Below the pieces are notes generated by a model. It was not told the origin of the DNA. It did no database searches and saw only the letters and a list, made by a program, of their open reading frames with translations. This document shows, piece after piece, positions 1 through 12,299 of a DNA stretch of 64,000 nt. Each line of letters starts with the position of its first letter. The stretch's first letter is position 1. The DNA is from Squalus acanthias (lineage: Eukaryota). The position numbers and the translations under genes are program-made. Where the stretch lies: the NCBI GenBank assembly GCA_030390025.1, contig CM059432.1, positions 132,062,001 to 132,126,000 of the forward strand, written 5' to 3'.

Positions 1-135
1 GGGTTAGGTTGATTTGGCTATGATAAATTGACCCTTAGTGTTAGGGGGATTAAATACGTGGGGTTATGGGGATAGGGTGTCGGTGCAGGCTCGATGGGCC
101 GAAATGGCCTCTATCTGCACTGTGGGGATTCTGTG
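1..135 (+). mobile_element. 3' part of an HE1/V-SINE-type SINE (truncated by the window edge)
   Basis: Nearly identical to the 3' half of the fuller SINE at 47521-47945 (gggttaggttgatttggctatgataaattgacccttagtgttagggg). Ends in a CR1-like tail (ggctcgatgggccgaaatggcct). Confidence 0.75.
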
Positions 136-208
136 ATTGAGGTGTTTAAAATGTCAAAAGGATTTGATGGGGTAGATACAGAGAAACTATTTCCTCTGGT
201 GCGGTAAT

Positions 209-713
209 CTGCGGGTAAGCGTTCTCCAAGGCGGCCTTCGAGATACACGACAGCGCAAAATCATAGAGCAGAAACTGATAGCCAAGTTCCGCACTCATGA
301 GGATGGCCTCAATCGCGATATCGGGTTCATGTCACGATACAGAACGTGACTTGACATCATGGCCGGTCTTCCCAGGTGTTTTTTTTAATTTTTTTTTTGT
401 TTTTTTTTTTAAAAAGGCTAACACAAGAACACAAATTGACAGGATATGCAGCCAGCAGGTGGTTTGACACGTTGGACCCCCTGGGACACATCTCATTGTC
501 TTGGCTGTGCTCTTTGTTGTAGCGAATAATGTGAATAGATTTTGTCTGGGTTTAAATTGTGAATTCTGGGAGATTCTCTCATTGCTAACTTACCTGACGA
601 AGGAGCGACAGCTCCGAAAGCTTGTAAAATTAAATAAATCTGTTGGACTATAACCTGGTGTTGTGCGACTTCTCATTTTTGTCCACCCCAGTCCAACGCC
701 GGCATCTCCACAT
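209..713 (+). mobile_element. Penelope-like element, 3' fragment (GIY-YIG endonuclease C-terminus plus pseudo-LTR)
   Basis: 209-349 translates LRVSVLQGGLRDTRQRKIIEQKLIAKFRTHEDGLNRDIGFMSRYRT*, resembling the Penelope GIY-YIG C-terminus (EQKLI..F.T...GLN). It is followed by a pLTR with a hammerhead motif and tgttggactataacctggtgttgtgcgactt, which recurs at about 14941. Confidence 0.8.
590..627 (+). ncRNA. Minimal (type I) hammerhead ribozyme of a Penelope-like element
   Basis: TTAC-CTGACGA-A-GGAGC(GACA)GCTCC-GAAA-GCT-T-GTAA: catalytic core CUGANGA/GAAA, 5-bp helix II, palindromic AGCT helix III, and helix I TTAC/GTAA. Confidence 0.8.
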
Positions 714-1654
714 CTTAACCACAGTACTTTATGTTCAATGGATATGGTTATGTATATAAAAAAAACGCAGACAAAATAAAATAAAAAGAGGTCTATCAGT
801 AAAGCCCCCTACCCAAAACATTTTCCCGTCGTCTTTTAAATGTTTTCAGCTGCTGACAGACCAGCATTTTCAGTTTTCTTTTCATCTCCCTCAGAATGCG
901 TCTGATATTATCAGTTTATAGTGTCTCACTGCAAGTGGGACTTCACTGTGCAGCACTTGCATGACATTTTATTTTGAGTTGCACATATTCTTTGGCATAG
1001 AGGCGCTAAACAAGTTTGGTAAGGCTTGCCTTAACAATACTTTCCTTTGTATTGTCTCAACAGTGGCAGGTACCATAATGTGAATGCCACAAAGTAAGCC
1101 TTAGATTTATTTTTACAATGAATGATTATATTTGTCTTGGTTCAGGAGGTGAGTATGTTCCGTCACTGGTGAAGGGAAAAATAAGAATGGGAACAAGATG
1201 CATTACTTTCCAGGCATAACCTGAGTATCAGTAACCTAGGGTTACACTGCCAACGCTTACTAAAGTGTAGGCTAGTAGTTTTAACATGACACAGATACCA
1301 GGAGGAGTTGCCAACTGACTTGCCCGCTCCCTACCACCTTGCCCAGGCTGATTCGATGAATTTTGCATTTTGATGCCTGGCAGGGGTCAGCTGACTTGGC
1401 ACAGACTGGGGATCGAAGTTGGAATTTCTTTGCTCAGTGTGGCTCAGCATCACACTGGTGCTTTTACCCACAAAATCGCTGGACAGTTTTTCAAGTTAAA
1501 GTACACAAGTTCTATAAACTTATTTGGCGAGTCTCAGATCCTGCAAGTGTACAAGTCTTGTACATTTCCTTGTAGGTAGTCTCTCTGTGGCAGATGGCTT
1601 TTGCACAGTTGGGAATAGTACATGGAGCAGAGGGTCGCTTAAAGGGATAAATTC

Positions 1655-1890
1655 TTAAACACAGCAATTTGCATTTATATAGCGCCATAATAAAATGTCC
1701 CAAGGTGCTTCACAGGCACGTTATCAGACAAAATTTGACACCAAGCCCCTTACAAGTTTAGCGAGGGAATTCCAGAGCTTGGGGCCTAAACAGCTCCAGG
1801 CATGGTTGCCAATAGTGGGGTGAAATAAATCGGATGCACAAGAGGTCAGAATTGGAGGAACGCAGAGATCTTGGAGGGATGTAGGGCTGA
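1655..1890 (-). mobile_element. L2-clade LINE, 3' end fragment
   Basis: Reverse complement of the L2 3' tail seen throughout the window (gcatttatatagcgcc...gtcccaagg.gcttcacagg...gggaattccagagcttggggcc). Confidence 0.7.
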
Positions 1891-1892
1891 AG

Positions 1893-3270
1893 GCTCTATC
1901 TTTGGCCCCCTCCTATTTCTCCTCTACATGCTGCCCTTCGACGACATCATCCGAAAACACAGCGTCAGTTTCCACATGTACGCTGACGACACCCAGCTCT
2001 ACCGCGGCACCACTTCTATCGACCCCTCCACTGTCTCTAAATTGTCAGACTGCTTGTCCGACATCCAGTACTGGATGAGTAGAAATTTTCTCCAACTAAA
2101 TACTGGTAAGACCGAAGCCATTGTCTTGGGTCCCCGCCACATGCTTAGTTCCCTAGCCACCGACTCCATCCCGCTCCCTGGCAACTGCCTTAGGCTGAAC
2201 CAGACTGTTCGCAACCTTGGTGTCGTATTTGACCCCGAGATGAGCTTCCGACGCACATATCCGCGCCATCACTAACTCCGCCTATTTCCACCTCTGTAAC
2301 ATCACCTGACTCCGCCTCTGCCTCAGCTCATCTGCTGAAACCCTCATCCATGCCTTTGTTACCTATAGAGTTGACTATTCCAAAGCACTCCTGGCTGACC
2401 TCCCATCTTCCACCCCACATAAACTTAAGCTCTCCAATTAAATATTAGGAAGACTGAAGCCATTGTTTTCGGCCCCCGCCACAAACTCTGTTCCCTAGCC
2501 ACTGACTCCATCCCTCTCCCTAACATCTGCCTTAGGCTGAACCACACTGTTCGCAACCGTGGTGTCATATTTGACCCTGAAATAAGCATATCCGCATATC
2601 CACAGCATAACAAAGACCGCCTACTTCCACCTCCGTAACATTACCGATCTCCGCTCCTGCCTCAGCTCATCCGCTGCTGAAACCCTCATCCGTGCCTTTG
2701 TTACCTCTAGACTTGACTATTCCAATGCACTCCTGGCTGGCCTCCCACATGCTACCCTATGTAAACTTGAGGTTATCCAAAACTCTGCTGCCCGTATCCT
2801 AACTCGCACCAAGTCCCGTTCAACCATCACCCCTGTGCTCGCTGACCTCTATTGGCTCCTGGTTAAGTAACGCCTTGATTAAAAAAATTCTCATCCTTGT
2901 TTTCAAATCCCTCCATGGTCTCGCCCCTCCCTATGTCTGTAACCTCCTTCAGCCCTAAAACCCTCAGATATCTGCGCTCCTTCAATTCTGGTCTCTTGCG
3001 CATCCCCAATTTTAATCACTCCACCATTGGCGGCCGTGCCTTCAGCTGCCGAGGCCTTAAGCTCTGGAGTTCCCTCCCTAAACCTCTCCGCCTCTCTAAC
3101 TCTCTTTCCTCCTTTAAGACACTTCTTAAAACCTACTTCTATGACCTCATCTGCCTTAATATCGTCTTATGTGGCTCGGTGTCAAATTTTGTTTGATAAT
3201 GCTCCTGTGAAGTGCCTGGGGACGTTTTACAACATTAAAGGTGTTCTATAAATGCAAGTTGTTTGTTGTT
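1893..3270 (+). mobile_element. L2-clade LINE, 5'-truncated RT/3' portion, with an internal duplication or second copy from about 2428
   Basis: ORF 1871-2275 contains GSIFGPLLFLLYMLP...FHMYADDTQLY (RT YADD motif) and LQLNTGKTE. The segment LQLNI.KTEAIVFGPRH restarts at about 2430. Ends in the L2 tail ...tataaatgcaagttgtttgttgttg. Confidence 0.85.
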
Positions 3271-4465
3271 GAGGTTACAGAGGCATTGCTGGACTGGGAG
3301 CCAATGTTGGTCACCGAGCACAGGGGTGATGGGCGAACGGGACTTGGTGCGAGTTAGGATATGGGCAGCAGAGTTGTGCGTGAGCTCTAGTTCATAGAGG
3401 GTGGAAGTTGGGAGGCCGTCTAGAAAAGCATTGGAATAGTCGAGACTGAAGGTAACAAATCATGGATAAGGCTTTCAGCAGCAGATGGGCTGAGGCAGGC
3501 AATATTCCAGAGGTGGAAAAGTAGGCGGTCTTGGTGAGGATATGGGATCGGAAGCTCAGCTTGAGGTCAGATAGGACGCTAAGGTTGCGATCAGTCGGGT
3601 TCAGCCTCGGACAGTGGTCAGGGAGGGGGATGGAATCGACTAGGGAACAGGGTTTGTGGTGGGGGCCGAAGACAGTGGCTTCGGTCTTGATGTTTAATTG
3701 GAGGAAATATCTGCTCATCCAATACTGGATGGCGCGACAAATCAAAGGCAGTCGAGAGAGGTGGTGGTGAGGTAGAGCTGGGTGTCGTCAGCGTATGTGT
3801 GGAATCTGACGTGTTTTCAGATACTGTCACTGAGGGGCAGCATATAGATGAGAAATAGGAGGGGGCCAAGGATAGAACCCTGGGGCCTTGAGAGTTAAAG
3901 GTGCAGGAGCAGGAAGAGAAGCCATTGCAGGAGATTCTTTGGCTACGACTGGATAGATAAGAATGGAAACAGGCGAGGGCAGACCCACTCAGCTGGACGA
4001 TGGTGAAGAGGAGGAGGAGGATGGATTGGTCAGCCGTGTCAAAGGCTCCAGTTTGGTTGAGAAGGATGAGGAGCGATAGTGCACCAAGGTCACACTCGCA
4101 TAAGATGTCATTTGTGACTTAGACGCAACATGAAGTTGCAGGAAAGATGGGCACGGATTTAGGAGGCAACAACACATTCAAGGACTTTTGATAGAAAAGG
4201 AAGGATGGAGATGGCGATAGTTTGCAAGGACAGAGAGGTCAAGGGTGGGCTTTGAGAAGGGGGGTGATGATGGCAGATTTGAAAGGGAGGGGGGCAGTAA
4301 CGGAGGGGAGGGGACCGTTAACAATGTCTGCTAACGTGGGGGCCAAAAGGGAATTTGGGTGGTTGGTCAGTTTAGTGGGAATAGGGTCAAGGGAGCAGGA
4401 GGTGAGTCTTGTGGACAAGATGAGCTCGGAGAGGTCATGAGGGGACATAGAGAAATTAAAGATCA
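3271..4465 (-). mobile_element. L2-clade LINE RT fragment, degenerate
   Basis: Minus-strand QYWMSRYFLQLNIKTEA (ORF 3392-3745) and RLTSCSLDPIPTKL (ORF 4239-4466). gtgtcgtcagcgtatgtgtgg is the reverse complement of the FHTYADDT coding sequence. Confidence 0.8.
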
Positions 4466-4576
4466 TAAATAAGATGCTTTAGTGAGCTAATCTGGCTCAC
4501 GAATTAACAAGCCTATTTAGGTGCAGTGATATAAATATTTAACCCATTATGGCAAAAGGGGAAGACTTCTGCACTT

Positions 4577-5185
4577 CAGCTTGGCTCAGTGGTAACACTT
4601 TCTCCTGAGTCTGAAGATCATAGGTGCAAGCCCCGCTCCCAAGTACTTGAGCACAAAATCTCATCTCCAGTACAGTACTGCGGATGTACTGCATTGTCGA
4701 AGGTGAGCTGTTAAACCGAGGCCTCGTCTACCTGTTCAGGAGGATGTAAAAGATTCCATGGCCCCAACGTTCCCGCTAAGCTGCGCGACCACGCAGCGGT
4801 CTGGAGGTCCCACACAGGTTGATCACTGGCTTTTCAATGGAAGAAACCGCGCATGCGTGAAAATTTGAATGGGCTGCGCAGCCAGTTAAAGGGACCGCGC
4901 GCCAAAACAATATTAGAGGGAACACTGCATGGCACTATTCAAAGAAGAATCTGGGGCGTTCTCCTCATGGCCTGGCCGACATTTATCTCAACCAACTCCA
5001 CCAAAAGCAGATTGACGAGTTATTTATCTCCTTGCTGTTTGCGGGACTTTGCTGTGCACAATTTAGCTGCTGCATTTTGCCTGCATTGCAACAGTGACTA
5101 TGCTTCAAAACAATTCAATGGCTGTAAAGTGCTTTGGGACATGCTAAGGATGTGAGAAGTTCTGTAGAAATGCAAGTTATTTTTT
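4577..5185 (+). mobile_element. tRNA-headed Deu-domain SINE (SacSINE1/AmnSINE-like), interrupted by a hAT-like MITE
   Basis: A-box tggctcagtggt and B-box-like ggtgcaagcccc. Deu-like core cagtactg...ttaaaccgaggcc...gtaaaagattccatggc|actattc. Colinear with the copy at 39250-39695. Confidence 0.7.
4765..4927. mobile_element. Short hAT-like MITE (163 bp)
   Basis: Termini CAACGTTCCC...GGGAACACTG form an imperfect TIR. Flanked by an 8-bp duplication, catggccc/catggcac. Confidence 0.75.
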
Positions 5186-5486
5186 CTATGCAGTTCTAAA
5201 ATAACAAATTAAAAAGGAAACGGTTTTTCTCAATTCTCCAAGTGAAGGTCACGAGGTGAGGGCCCTTTTGAGGCGAGGTGGTTGATTTGGACATTAGTCA
5301 GAATACAGGTTCTAGGTATGTATTGAATTGTTAATGATCAAAGCATGGACAAGTACTCAACCCAGATAAAGTGTGAGCACCTACATATTAGCATTCTGTG
5401 CAATTATTCCTACAGTTGTCTTTAATCATGGATGTTTGACAACTGCGAGATCTTTAGACTGGGTAAGTAGTGGGGAATTCTCTCGT

Positions 5487-6665
5487 AGGCCTCTTGTGCA
5501 TCCCCCACTCCTTTTGTCCCACCAGTAGGGGCTGTGCCTTCAGCTGTCTAGGCACTAAGCTCTGGAATTCCCTCCCTAAACCTCTCTTCTCTTCAGTCAC
5601 CACCACCTTCTCAAGGGAAATTAGGGATGGGCAATAAATGCTGGCCTTGCCAGTGACGCCCACATCCCATGAATGAATTAAAAAAAAAACTCTCCTTAAA
5701 ACCCGCCTCTTTGACAAAGTCACACCTCCTAACATCTTTTACTTTGACCCTGAAATGAGCTTCCGACCACATATCTGTGGCATAACTAAGACCGCCTATT
5801 TCCACCTCCGTAACATCACCCGTCTCTGACCTTGCCTCAGCTCATCCACTACTGAAACCCGCATCCATGCCTTTGTTACCTCTAGACTAGACTATTCCAA
5901 TGCCCTCCTGGGTGGCCTCCCACATTCTACCCTACATAAACTTGAGGTCATCCAAAACTCGGCTGCCCGTGTCCTAACTCGCACCAAGTCCCGTTCACCC
6001 ATCACCCCTGTGCTCGCTGACCTACATTGGCTCCCGGTTAAGCAGCGCCTCATCAGAACATAAGAAATAGGAGCAGGAGTAGGCCATTCGGCCCCTCGAG
6101 CCTGCTCCGCCATTCAATAAGATCATGGCTGATGATCTACCTCAACTCCACTTTCCTGCACTATCCCCTCGATTTCAAAGTTCTCATCCTTGTTTTCAAA
6201 TCCCTCCATGGCCTCGCCCCTCCCTATCTCTGTATTCTCCTCCCGCCCCACAATCCCCCCCGAGATATCTGCACTCCTCTAGTTCTGCCCTCTTGAGCAT
6301 CCCTGATTATAATCACTCAACCAATGGTGACCGTGCCTCCTTTTGCTCAGGCCCTAAGCTCTGGAATTCCCTGCCTAAACCTCTCCGTCTCGCTACCTCT
6401 CTTTCCTCCTTTAAGACGCTCCTTAAAACCTACCTCTTTGACCAAGCTTTTGGTCACGTCCTAATTTCTCCTTATGTGGCTCGGTGTCAAATTTTTTTTG
6501 TCTTGTAATACTCCTGTGGAGCGCCTTGGGACGTTTTATTACATTAAAGGCACTATATAAATACAAGTTGTTGTTTGGCTTGGCTATTTTTGTCTGATAA
6601 TGCTTCTGTGAAGCATCTTGGGATGTTTCTACGTTAATGGTGCTACATAAATGCAGATTGTTCCA
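5487..6665 (+). mobile_element. Composite of L2 3' fragments with small inserted CR1 tails
   Basis: L2 sequence (ctctggaattccctccctaaacctctc; gttacctctagactagactattccaatgc). A minus-strand CR1 3' tail (agaacataagaaataggagcaggagtaggccattcggccc) sits at about 6055-6165. Confidence 0.75.
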
Positions 6666-7510
6666 GTTTTTAGGTACGGGAGGAAATCTGAACCCTGGAA
6701 GAACAGGTTTGCATCAGTCATGTACGTTACCATATCTGGAAGGTCTACTAAGAGACAAGATTGACTCTTTCACTTGGAGGTCTTGTTGGTTACCACACTC
6801 TTAAGAATTACATTCCAAAAAGGATATTTTAATCCTTTATGGACTTTTCCTATTGCCTTGTTTTTAAATATTGCGCTGTTGCAATATCTTACAGTATCAC
6901 TTGGCTTCTGTGTAATAATTAACTTGTAAACAGGTGAAAAAACATGCTCTTTTGGGAGTAATGGGAATTTAGTGAGTGACATGAATCTTGTATGAAGTAA
7001 TACTGGGTGGCCTGCTGGTGGCGCTGTCTAGGGAGAGTATAAATACTCGGGCATGGGCCAGCTTGCTTAGGACATTCCTCAACAGGAACTAGTGAAGGAC
7101 ACAACTAGACCTCCATGTTGGAAAACAGTTGATTAAAGCTTTGTTTAACGCTTAGACCAAGTGCCTAGTAGTTTTCTTACGTCAGTGAGTATCCCACAAA
7201 ATCTCCAATGGACAAAAAAACGCAATTAAGGATTAATTGTTAAAGCTGGATACAGAAAACATACACAGTGGTCCGGAATTTGCTGCAATGGTGATATTGA
7301 CGACGAATGCCATTAGTTCCCAATCCTCCAATGACAAAATTACGCCACACTTTGCTGGAAAAATAATTAGAACAACAACAACTTGTATTTATATAGCGCC
7401 TTTAACGTAGTAAAATGTCCCAAGGCACTTCACAGGAGCGTAATCAGACAAAATTTGACTCCGAGACACAAGGAAATATTAGGACAGATGACCAAAAGCT
7501 TGGTCAAAGG

Positions 7511-8125
7511 GAATGGAGTATAAAAGTAGGGAAGTCCTGTTACAACTGTACAGGGTATTGCTGAGACCACACCTGGAGTACTTCGTACAGTTTTGGTCTC
7601 CTTATTTAAGGAAGGATATACTTGCATTGGAGGCAGTTCAGAGAAGGTTCACGAGGTTGATTCCGGAGATAAAGGGGTTGTCTTATGAAAGGTTGAGCAG
7701 GTTGGGCCTATACTCAGTGGAGTTTAGAAGAATGAGAGGGATCTTATTGAAACATATAAGGTTCTGAAGGGGCTTGACCGGGTAGATGCAGAGAGGATGT
7801 TTCCCCTCATGGGGGAATATAGAACTAGGGGTCATAATTTCAGAATAAGGGGGCACCCTTTCAAATCGGAAATGAGGAGGAATTTCTTCTGAGTTGTGAA
7901 TCTTTGGAATTCTCTTCCCCAGAGAGCTGTGGAGGCTGGGTCATTGAATATATTTAAGGTGGAGATAGACAGATTTTTGAAAGGTAAGGGAGTCGAGGGT
8001 TATGGGGAGCGGGCAGGGAAGTGGAGTTGAGGCCAAGATCAGATCAGCCATGATCTTATTGAATGGCGGAGTAGGCTCGAGGGGCCAAATGACCTACTCC
8101 TGCTCCTACGACTTATGTTCTTATG
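7511..8125 (+). mobile_element. CR1 LINE 3' fragment inserted into an L2 tail
   Basis: ORF 7513-7767 reads EYKSREVLLQLYRVLLRPHLEYFVQFWSPYLRKDI, and the tail is ttatgttcttatg. The minus-strand L2 tail at 7370-7510 resumes at about 8126 (gtcggttttaagcagcgtc). Confidence 0.85.
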
Positions 8126-8523
8126 TCGGTTTTAAGCAGCGTCGCTGCGAGCATAGTGGATGATTGGGAGCAGCCCGGCCGATAATCAGAGTAAAAACCC
8201 ATTGCGATGTTATGCTACTCGGGCCCGGAAGTGTTTCAACCAGTCGATTGAACCTTACAACTGATGGACAGAAACGAGCACAAATTCAAATAATAAGAGT
8301 GCTGACTCGCCTTGAGGACTGTTTTTAGATCTGTCTGGTTAATTCATGAGATAGAACAGTGATGTAGTGCTTGGATTTTTATGAGGTGTAAATGGGCACA
8401 TTGTAATCTCTAACGACCACATTCACAGCACGTAGGATTAACGATCCAAATTACAAAAAAAGAGCTGCATTCGGATGGTAGTTTAAGGCTAGGAACTGGC
8501 ATCCTGCTCCCGCCAGATATATA

Positions 8524-9261
8524 GGCCTCTTATTAACCTTCCCACAATAGGGTGAGAGGGGGTCAGGGGGGGGGGGGGGGTGTGGGAGAGGGTTAAAATA
8601 GAAGTGCACGGAACGCGACCCCAATCTGCTACGTACGACTTTTTTGCTGCGGATTTTGTGCCGTCCGACTGTTCTACTGTGCAGAAGTGAGACGCTTATT
8701 AATATATTTGAAGCGGGCTCCTGCACTGCAATTGGGAGACCAATTTGAAGTTAACTGCTGCTGCCCTTGATTCCCAGGGATCGGGAAACTTGCCAGTGAA
8801 ACGGAGGCCGGAGCTGCTGGCTCCCCAAGATAAGTGGCTGTTTCAGCACTCCCTCTGGGCCAGGAGGAGCAAGAGTGCCCCCCTCCTCTTCCCCCCGCGC
8901 GCCCCCCCCCCCCCCCCCCCCCCCCCCCCGGCCGCTCAAGGAAGCCTTCGGCCTCCCCTTGCCTCGATTGGTAGCCTCTTCACTCCCCCAGCTGTGATCT
9001 CCAGCCTCCCAATTGCCGATCTCTTCCTCACCCCACCCCCGATCGGCGAGAACCGTCCCCAAGGGTCCCCAGTTGTGGCCTCCTGCCGTTAGCGTTCCTA
9101 CCCGCCTGCTGGCCAGGCTGTCCATTTGGCTGGCTGCTGGGCGGGAGGTGGAACTAAAAGATGTTACTGAGGTTCTGCTGTTAAGGGCCTTGCCGTGGTC
9201 TTCAGCTGTTTTCGGCCTCACCCGCACCCTTCCTTCCCACCTCCCCATAAATCTCGGGGCC
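8524..9261. mobile_element. Non-autonomous PIF/Harbinger-like element (MITE)
   Basis: GC-rich island bounded by GGCCTCTTATTAAC and ATAAATCTCGGGGCC (loose TIR), with ATA on both flanks (3-bp TSD). No credible coding capacity. Confidence 0.5.
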
Positions 9262-9477
9262 ATAATTTGTGGCTTTGTACTTTGCACCAGTAACCCGAGA
9301 CACTGTCAGAACTGATGATGTTAAAAACCTCTAATGAGGGCAAGGCAATTATTTCTGAATTTAAACAGTAAACGATTCCCGTGATTGCACCAAACATACT
9401 GAGCCCACCAGTGCCATTCTGCAATGGTCGAAGTGGCTGTGGTGATCATTCAGTGGCGTTAATTTAGCAAACTCGAT

Positions 9478-11953
9478 CTGGGTGACTTTAATCTACATAT
9501 AGATTGGACTAACCAAATTAGTAACAATACTGTGGAGGAGGAATTCCTAGAGTGTTTACGGGATGGTTTCCTGGACCAATATGTTGAGGAACCAACTAGA
9601 GATCAGGCCATCTTAGACTGGGTATTATGTAATGAGAAAGGATTAATTAGCAATCTTGTTGTGCGAGGCCCCTTGGGGAGGAGCGATCATAGTATGATAG
9701 AATTCTTCATTTAAGATGGAGAGTGAAGTAGTTGACTCAGAGACTAGGGTCCTGAATTTAAATAAAGGAAACTACGATGGTATGAGGTGAGAGTTGGCTA
9801 GGATGGATTGGAGAACGTTACTTAAAGGGTTGACGGTGGATAGGCAATGGCAAACATTTAAAGATCGCATGGATGAACTACAGAATTTGTTCATCCCTGT
9901 TTGGCATAAAAATAAAACAAAAAAGGTGACTCAACCGTGGCTAACAAGGGAAATTAGGGATAGCATAAGATCCAAGGAGATGGCATATAAATTGGCCAGA
10001 AAAAGCAGCAAACCTGAGGATTGGGAGCAGTTTAGGATTCAGCAAAGGAGGACAAAGGGATTAATTAAGAGGGGGAAATAGAGTATGAGAGTAAGCTTTC
10101 AAGGAACATAAAAACTGACTGTAAAAGCTTCTATAGATATGTGAAGAGAAAAAGATTGGTGAAGTCAAGCGTAGGTCCCTTGCAGTCAGAATCAGGGGAA
10201 TTTATAATGGGGAACAAAGAAATGGCAGACCAATTAAATACATACTTTGGTTCTGTCTTCACAAAGGAGGACACAAGTAACCTCCCAGAGATGTCAGGGA
10301 GCATAGGGTCTAATGAGAGGGAAGAACTGAATGAAATCAGTATTTGTAGGGAAATGGTGTTAGGGAAATTGACGGGATTGAAGGCCGATAAATCCCCAGG
10401 GCCTGATGATCTACATCCTAGGGTACTTAAGGAAGTGGCTCTAGAAATAGTAGATGCATTGCTGGTCATCTTCAAAATTCTATCGACTCTGGAACAGTTC
10501 CCATGGATTGGAGGGTAGCTAATGTAACCCCACTATTTAAAAAAGGTGGTAGAGAGAAAACAGGGGAATTAAGCCTGACATCGGTAGTGGAGAAAATGCT
10601 AGAGTCCATTATAAAAGATGTAATAGCAGAGCACTTGGAAAACAGTGACCGGATCGGACAAAGTCAACATGGATTTACAAAAGGTAAATCATGCTTGACT
10701 AATCTACTGGAATTTTTTGAGGATGTAACTGGTAGGATAGATAAGGGAGAACCAGTGGATGTGGTGTATTTGGACTTTCAGAAGGCTTTCGATAAGGTCC
10801 CGCAAAAGAGATTGGCATGCAAAGTTAAAGCACATGGGATTGGGGGTAAGGTACTGACTTGGATAGATAACCGGTTGGCAGACAGGAAGCAAAGAGTTGG
10901 AATAAACGGGTCTTTTTCCGAGTGGCAGGCAGTGACTAGTGGGGTACCGCAGGGATCGGTGCTAGGACCCCAGTTATTCACAATATATATTAATGATCTA
11001 GACGAGGGAACTAGATGTAATATCTCCAAGTTTGCAGATGACACAAAGCTGGGTGGGCGTGTGTGTTGTGAGGAGGATGCAGAGAAATTCCAGTATGATT
11101 TGGACAAGTTGGGTGATTGGGCAGATGCAGTATAATGTGGATAAATGCGAGGTTATCCACTTTGGTGGCAAAAACAGGAAGGCAGATTATTATCTGAACG
11201 GCAATAGATTGGGAAAAGGGGAAGTGCAACGAGACCTGGGAGTCCTTGTGCACCAGTCGCTGAAGGTAAGCATGCAGATGCAGCAGGCGGTTAAGAAGGC
11301 AAATGGTATGTTGGCCTTCATAGCGAGAGGATTTGAGTACAGGAGCAAGGATGTCTTGCTGCAGTTGTACAGAGCCTTGGTGAGACCACACCTTGAGTAT
11401 TGTGTGCAGTTTTGGTCGCCTCATCTGAGGAAGGATGTTCTTGCCATGGAGGCAGTGCAGCGAAGATTCACCAGACTGATACCTGGGATGGCAGGAATGA
11501 CATATGAAGAGAGATTGGGACGATTGGGCTTATACTCGCTGGAGTTTAGAAGAATGAGAGGGGATCTCATTGAAACTTATAAAATTCTAACAGGACTAGA
11601 CTGACTAGATGCAGGAAGGATGTTCCCGATGGCAGGGGAGTCCAGAACCAGGGGTCACAGCCTAAGGATAAGGGGTAAGCCATTTAGGACTGAGATGAGG
11701 AGGAATTTCTTCACCCAGAGAGTGGTGAAGCTGTGGAATTCTCTACCACAGAAGGCAGTTGAGGCCAATTCATTAAATATATTCAAGAATGAGTTAGATA
11801 TATTTCTTAAGGCTAAAGGGATCAAAGGATATGGGGAGAAAGCAGGGACTGGGTACTGAATTTGGATGATCAGCCATGATTGCATTAAATGGCGGCGCAG
11901 GCTCGAGGGGCCGAATGGCCTACTCCTGCTGCTATCTTCTATGTTTCTATGTT
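9478..11953 (+). mobile_element. CR1 LINE ORF2, 5'-truncated, frameshifted (EN C-terminus, RT and 3' UTR)
   Basis: GDFN at the 5' end. Motifs KSPGPDDLHPRVLKE, QHGFTKGKSCLTNLLEFFE, YLDFQKAFDKV, SGVPQGSVLGP, KFADDTKL and VRPHLEYCVQFWSP are spread over several frames. Tail ttctatgtttctatgtt. Confidence 0.93.
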
Positions 11954-12299
11954 GATGGTGGGGCGGAGCTATGATAATTAGCTGTACAACCTATTTGCCA
12001 AATGTCTCTGCCAAGCAACGGGAAAGTCCCTGCAAATGATGTACGTAATGGCATAAGTCACTCGTGCCATTTCCTGGAATTTCTGCACCTTAAGAGCGTA
12101 CGCTGTTGATGTGTCATTACTATGGAGCAAGTTTGCATGAACGCAAGTGTCGGGTGGGGGAAGCTGAAACTCTGACGTGTATCTTAAACCATCGAATCAT
12201 TTATTTCAGTGTTTATGTTGGAAAATGTAATCTTTGCTCGGATACTAGGAATAGAGCCCTGATTTCAGAAAGATTTATACTTCATTCATAATTTTGTCT

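Noticed and set aside
8745..9315. Pro/Gly-rich ORFs of 100-178 aa
   Set aside because: They arise from C/G homopolymer runs inside a GC-rich MITE.
9478..11953. Active CR1 element
   Set aside because: It is 5'-truncated with several frameshifts and stops. The same applies to all LINE copies here.
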